Shown piece by piece: positions 59,211-64,000 of a stretch of 64,000 bases of DNA (its first letter is position 1; each line of letters begins with the position of its first letter). Below the pieces are notes generated by a model. That model was not told the DNA's origin. It did no database searches and saw only the letters and a program-made list of their open reading frames with translations. The position numbers were made by a program, and so were the translations under genes. The DNA comes from Chrysomallon squamiferum. Its lineage: Eukaryota; Animalia; Mollusca. The stretch is taken from contig CM022677.1 in NCBI GenBank assembly GCA_012295275.1, forward strand, positions 11,160,001-11,224,000. Reading direction: 5' to 3'.

Positions 59211-59414
59211 GTAAATATATTTTATTTCATTTTCGTTTTATTTTTATTTTTTCATTTAACAGTGAAAAAACAATTATTTAAATAAAATACATATTTTGAT
59301 GGATGTAAATAACTATTTTAAAAATGTTAATTAAATTAATAAATGAATAAACTATAATCATATTCTTTGAAAAAGATGCGCAAGATGCGCGTAGAAGAGT
59401 TGTGAAGTAAAGCT

Positions 59415-59496
59415 CATCCGATACTCTCCCAGCATTTGCTAGTGCTAGCAGAACGTGAAACGCCAGCACAACCAAATACAAGCAAAGTACTGATGA
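59415..59496 (-). ncRNA. Candidate pri-miRNA hairpin A (predicted 3p arm 59426-59447)
   Basis: Constant arm pairs in register with the divergent arm; several plus-strand C/A oppositions become G-U on minus; ~11-nt basal stem; CUUC at +19. Other copies (constant arm start): 60560, 61697, 62836. Confidence 0.7.
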
Positions 59497-59582
59497 TGTC
59501 TTTCTCTTAATGTACGTAATGCGTAACTTTTCGTCATTTCGTCGTCTACTTGCGACGGCGATGTTTCGGAAGCGTAGCTGTC

Positions 59583-59666
59583 TATTCGATAAACCTCCAG
59601 CATTTGCTAGTGCTAGTTGTGTTTTACGTCACGAGCACGAAACAAATACCAGAACGTTTAGAAATA
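59583..59666 (-). ncRNA. Candidate pri-miRNA hairpin B (arm 59594-59615, ends GGAGG)
   Basis: Stem with five minus-strand G-U pairs; CUAC at +17. Other copies: 60728, 61865, 63004 (one substitution) and inverted at 63949. Confidence 0.65.
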
Positions 59667-60037
59667 ACATATCAGGAAATTGTCTCGTACAGTTTCTGTT
59701 GAAGAAAACTAAATGTGAAGAAAGGCAAATAATACCTGAAAGCTGATGTGACTGGAGACGACGCCTGCATCTGCAACGATATTAGAAGTATCTGAAATTA
59801 CTTATACTTAGTAAATGAGGCAGTGAGCTGTCAGTGAGACTGAATGCATTTTGAATTGACTCATTGACAACCGCTAGTTATCACTTGGTTGAAACATCAA
59901 GCATTGTTTACTTAATTGGACTAATTAGAAATTTCGACGTCGAAAATTCAAATTACCAAGCGCTTTTAAAGAAGAAAAAACGGATTACGAACGAAATGAT
60001 AGCCGTGCAGTTTACGTATCGTTGTTGAAGTGCATTT

Positions 60038-60118
60038 CGTACTATACTCTCCCAGCATTTGCTAGTGCTAGTACTTTGTGACACACCAGCACAAAGAAAT
60101 GCTAGCAGAGTGCTAACG
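60038..60118 (-). ncRNA. Candidate pri-miRNA hairpin C (arm 60049-60070)
   Basis: Well-paired stem, UGUG at loop entry, CUUC at +19. Other copies: 61186, 62323 and inverted at 63491. Confidence 0.75.
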
Positions 60119-60212
60119 ATGTAGTCGTCCTAAATAAATCTGACTGCTTTTGTGATCTGTTTGCGGAAACAGCATTACTTCGCTCAAAAGGTATCGTTGT
60201 TGAAGTGCATTT

Positions 60213-60296
60213 CGTACTATACTCTCCCAGCATTTGCTAGTGCTAACAAGACGTGAAACGCCAGCACCAAGAAATACTAGCAAAGTATTAAGGACG
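60213..60296 (-). ncRNA. Candidate pri-miRNA hairpin D (arm 60224-60245)
   Basis: ~27-position upper stem with only two true mismatches on minus (G-U at every other non-Watson-Crick position), plus basal extension; CUUC at +19. Other copies: 61361, 62498 and inverted at 63316. Confidence 0.75.
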
Positions 60297-60418
60297 TGAT
60301 GGTCGTAAATAAATTTGAGTGGTGTCTTCTGTGATCTGGTAGCGGTTTGAGCATAATTTAGCTAAAAAGGAAAGGCTTTCAACCAGATGGTCGGATGTCC
60401 CAAAACGCGAAGAATCAC

Positions 60419-60503
60419 CGCAGGATTACCTCCCAGCATTTGCTAGTGCTAGCTCAGTTTACACACAAGCACGTGGCGAATACTGAGAAAAAATATGCCT
60501 GCG
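60419..60503 (-). ncRNA. Candidate pri-miRNA hairpin E (arm 60430-60451)
   Basis: Basal cgcagg/cctgcg helix closes exactly 11 nt beyond the constant arm; UGUG at loop entry; CUUC at +18. Other copies: 61567, 62706. Confidence 0.7.
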
Positions 60504-60548
60504 ATTACGTTTCGAAAGATGCGCGTAGAAGAGTTGTGAAGTAAAGCT

Positions 60549-63076
60549 CATCCGATACTCTCCCAGCATTTGCTAGTGCTAACAGAACGTGAAACGCCAG
60601 CACAACCAAATACAAGCAAAGTACTGATGATGTCTTTCTCTTAATGTACGTAATGCGTAACTTTTCGTCATTTCGTCGTCTACTTGCGACGGCGATGTTT
60701 CGGAAGCGTAGCTGTCTATTCGATAAACCTCCAGCATTTGATAGTGCTAGTTGTGTTTTACGTCACGAGCACGAAACAAATACCAGAACGTTTAGAAATA
60801 ACATATCAGGAAATTGTCTCGTACAGTTTCTGTTGAAGAAAACTAAATGTGAAGAAAGGCAATAATACCTGAAAGCTGATGTGACTGGAGACGACGCCTG
60901 CATCTGCAACGATATTAGAAGTATCTGAAATTACTTATACTTAGTAAATGAGGCAGTGAGCTGTCAGTGAGAGTGAATGCATTTTGAATTGACTCATTGA
61001 CAACCGCTAGTTATCACTTGGTTGAAACATCAAGCATTGTTTACTTAATTGGACTAATTAGAAATTTCGACGTCGAAAATTCAAATTACCAAGCGCTTTT
61101 AAAGAAGAAAAAAAAAACGGATTACGAACGAAATGATAGCCGTGCAGTTTACGTATCGTTGTTGAAGTGCATTTCGTACTATACTCTCCCAGCATTTGCT
61201 AGTGCTAGTACTTTGTGACACACCAGCACAAAGAAATGCTAGCAGAGTGCTAACGATGTAGTCGTCCTAAATAAATCTGACTGCTTTTGTGATCTGTTTG
61301 CGGAAACAGCATTACTTCGCTCAAAAGGTATCGTTGTTGAAGTGCATTTCGTACTATACTCTCCCAGCATTTGCTAGTGCTAACAAGACGTGAAACGCCA
61401 GCACCAAGAAATATAGCAAAGTATTAAGGACGTGATGGTCGTAAATAAATTTGAGTGGTGTCTTCTGTGATCTGGTAGCGGTTTGAGCATAATTTAGCTA
61501 AAAAGGAAAGGCTTTCAACCAGATGGTCGGATGTCCCAAAAACGCGAAGAATCACCGCAGGATTACCTCCCAGCATTTGCTAGTGCTAGCTCAGTTTACA
61601 CACAAGCACGTGGCGAATACTGAGAAAAAATATGCCTGCGATTACGTTTCGAAAGATGCGCGTAGAAGAGTTGTGAAGTAAAGCTCATCCGATACTCTCC
61701 CAGCATTTGCTAGTGCTAACAGAACGTGAAACGCCAGCACAACCAAATACAAGCAAAGTACTGATGATGTCTTTCTCTTAATGTACGTAATGCGTAACTT
61801 TTCGTCATTTCGTCGTCTACTTGCGACGGCGATGTTTCGGAAGCGTAGCTGTCTATTCGATAAACCTCCAGCATTTGATAGTGCTAGTTGTGTTTTACGT
61901 CACGAGCACGAAACAAATACCAGAACGTTTAGAAATAACATATCAGGAAATTGTCTCGTACAGTTTCTGTTGAAGAAAACTAAATGTGAAGAAAAGCAAA
62001 TAATACCTGAAAGCTGATGTGACTGGAGACGACGCCTGCATCTGCAACGATATTAGAAGTATCTGAAATTACTTATACTTCGTAAATGAGGCAGTGAGCT
62101 GTCAGTGAGAGTGAATGCATTTTGAATTGACTCATTGACAACCGCTAGTTATCACTTGGTTGAAACATCAAGCATTGTTTACTTAATTGGACTAATTAGA
62201 AATTTCGACGTCGAAAATTCAAATTACCAAGCGCTTTTAAAGAAGAAAAAAAAACGGATTACGAACGAAATGATGGCCGTGCAGTTTACGTATCGTTGTT
62301 GAAGTGCATTTCGTACTATACTCTCCCAGCATTTGCTAGTGCTAGTACTTTGTGACACACCAGCACAAAGAAATGCTAGCAGAGTGCTAACGATGTAGTC
62401 GTCCTAAATAAATCTGACTGCTTTTGTGATCTGTTTGCGGAAACAGCATTACTTCGCTCAAAAGGTATCGTTGTTGAAGTGCATTTCGTACTATACTCTC
62501 CCAGCATTTGCTAGTGCTAACAAGACGTGAAACGCCAGCACCAAGAAATACTAGCAAAGTATTAAGGACGTGATGGTCGTAAATAAATTTGAGTGGTGTC
62601 TTCTGTGATCTGGTAGCGGTTTGAGCATAATTTAGCTAAAAAGGAAAGGCTTTCAACCAGATGGTCGGATGTCCCAAAAAACGCGAAGAATCACCGCAGG
62701 ATTACCTCCCAGCATTTGCTAGTGCTAGCTCAGTTTACAAACAAGCACGTGGCGAATACTGAGAAAAAATATGCCTGCGATTACGTTTCGAAAGATGCGC
62801 GTAGAAGAGTTGTGAAGTAAAGCTCATCCGATACTCTCCCAGCATTTGCTAGTGCTAACAGAACGTGAAACGCCAGCACAACCAAATACAAGCAAAGTAC
62901 TGATGTTGTCTTTCTCTTAATGTACGTAATGCGTAACTTTTCGTCATTTCGTCGTCTACTTGCGACGGCGATGTTTCGGAAGCGTAGCTGTCTATTCGAT
63001 AAACCTCCAGCATTTGATAGTGCTAGTTGTGTTTTACGTCACGAGCACGAAACAAATACCAGAACGTTTAGAAATA
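60549..63076 (-). ncRNA. Further 12 candidate miRNA hairpins in array units 2-4 (A-E, A-E, A-B)
   Basis: Near-identical copies of hairpins A-E at the coordinates listed above. Confidence 0.7.
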
Positions 63077-63264
63077 ACATATCAGGAAATTGTCTCGTAC
63101 AGTTTACACACAAGCACGTGGCGAATACTGAGAAAAAATATGCCTGCGATTACGTTTTTGGGACATCCGACCATCTGGTTGAAAGCCTTTCCCGTTTAGC
63201 TAAATTATGCTCAAACCGCTACCAGATCACAGAAGACACCACTCAAATTTATTTACGACCATCA

Positions 63265-63981
63265 CGTCCTTAATACTTTGCTAGTATTTCTTGGTGCTGG
63301 CGTTTCACGTCTTGTTAGCACTAGCAAATGCTGGGAGAGTATAGTACGAAATGCACTTCAACAACGATACCTTTTGAGCGAAGTAATGCTGTTTCCGCAA
63401 ACAGATCACAAAAGCAGTCAGATTTATTTAGGACGACTACATCGTTAGCACTCTGCTAGCATTTCTTTGTGCTGGTGTGTCACAAAGTACTAGCACTAGC
63501 AAATGCTGGGAGAGTATAGTACGAAATGCACTTCAACAACGATACGTAAACTGCACGGCCATCATTTCGTTCGTAATCCGTTTTTTTTTCTTCTTTAAAA
63601 GCGCTTGGTAATTTGAATTTTCGACGTCGAAATTTCTAATTAGTCCAATTAAGTAAACAATGCTTGATGTTTCAACCAAGTGATAACTAGCGGTTGTCAA
63701 TGAGTCAATTCAAAATTCATTCACTCTCACTGTCAGCTCACTGCCTCATTTACGAAGTATAAGTAATTTCAGATACTTCTAATATCGTTGCAGATGCAGG
63801 CGTCGTCTCCAGTCACATCAGCTTTCAGGTATTATTTGCTTTTCTTCACATTTAGTTTTCTTCAACAGAAACTGTACGAGACAATTTCCTGATATGTTAT
63901 TTCTAAACGTTCTGGTATTTGTTTCGTGCTCGTGACGTAAAACACAACTAGCACTAGCAAAAGCTGGAGGTTTATCGAATA
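63265..63981 (+). ncRNA. Three candidate miRNA hairpins (D, C, B) in the inverted arm
   Basis: tagcactagcaaatgctgggag reads directly on + at 63316-63337 and 63491-63512; variant tagcactagcaaaagctggagg at 63949-63970. Confidence 0.7.
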
Positions 63982-64000
63982 GACAGCTACGCTTCCGAAA

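Larger units (their letters stand above)
59382..64000. repeat. ~1135-bp higher-order tandem array with internal deletion and inversion
   Basis: Units start at 59382, 60516, 61653 and 62792 (periods 1134, 1137, 1139) and differ by only a few substitutions and homopolymer lengths. Unit 4 has an ~765-bp deletion at ~63100; 63153-64000 is an inverted copy. Confidence 0.98.

Noticed and set aside
59440-59447. miR-430/miR-302-type seed (AGUGCU) on the plus strand
   Set aside because: It lies at the 3' end of the conserved 22-mer with variable sequence after it, and G-U asymmetry and CNNC placement favour the opposite strand. The miR-430 comparison is architectural only.
59455-59520. Hammerhead ribozyme / retrozyme (CTGATGA and GAAAC nearby)
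   Set aside because: Stems I-III cannot be built around the core; both motifs are explained as parts of hairpin A, and CTGATGA is mutated in unit 4.
59510-63273. Repeated ORF MYVMRNFSSFRRLLATAMFRK...
   Set aside because: By-product of the tandem unit; length varies with indels, no recognisable domain, and it overlaps hairpin B on the opposite strand.
59426-63970. CRISPR array (recurring 22-bp direct repeat)
   Set aside because: Spacing is 130-455 bp and irregular, the intervening sequences repeat as a higher-order unit and pair with the repeat, there are no cas genes, and the context is eukaryotic.

Overview
AT-rich, microsatellite-rich animal genomic DNA (invertebrate; mollusc-like by inference). 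Most ORFs in the supplied track are microsatellite artefacts. Four things are supported by the sequence. (1) A spliced MCC (colorectal mutant cancer protein) homologue on + at ~27.2-35.9 kb, lacking one internal exon and the last exon and carrying four frame lesions, so probably a duplicated pseudogene. (2) A mosaic of decayed exons, including LRR- and RRM-like ones, built from inverted and direct segmental duplications. (3) LINE and hAT-like relics and several minisatellites. (4) The main finding, at 59.4-64 kb: a CpG-rich ~1.135-kb tandem array in which each unit carries five hairpins. They share a near-invariant 22-nt arm (UAGCACUAGCAAAUGCUGGGAG on the inferred transcribed strand) but have divergent loops and partner arms that still pair, largely by G-U on one strand only. 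Each has an ~11-nt basal stem and a CNNC motif 17-19 nt downstream. This fits an amplified, polycistronic, probably lineage-specific microRNA cluster (20 copies in the window, running off the end), with a microhomology-bounded deletion and inversion at ~63.1 kb. All alignments and folds were done by eye; no database search was possible.
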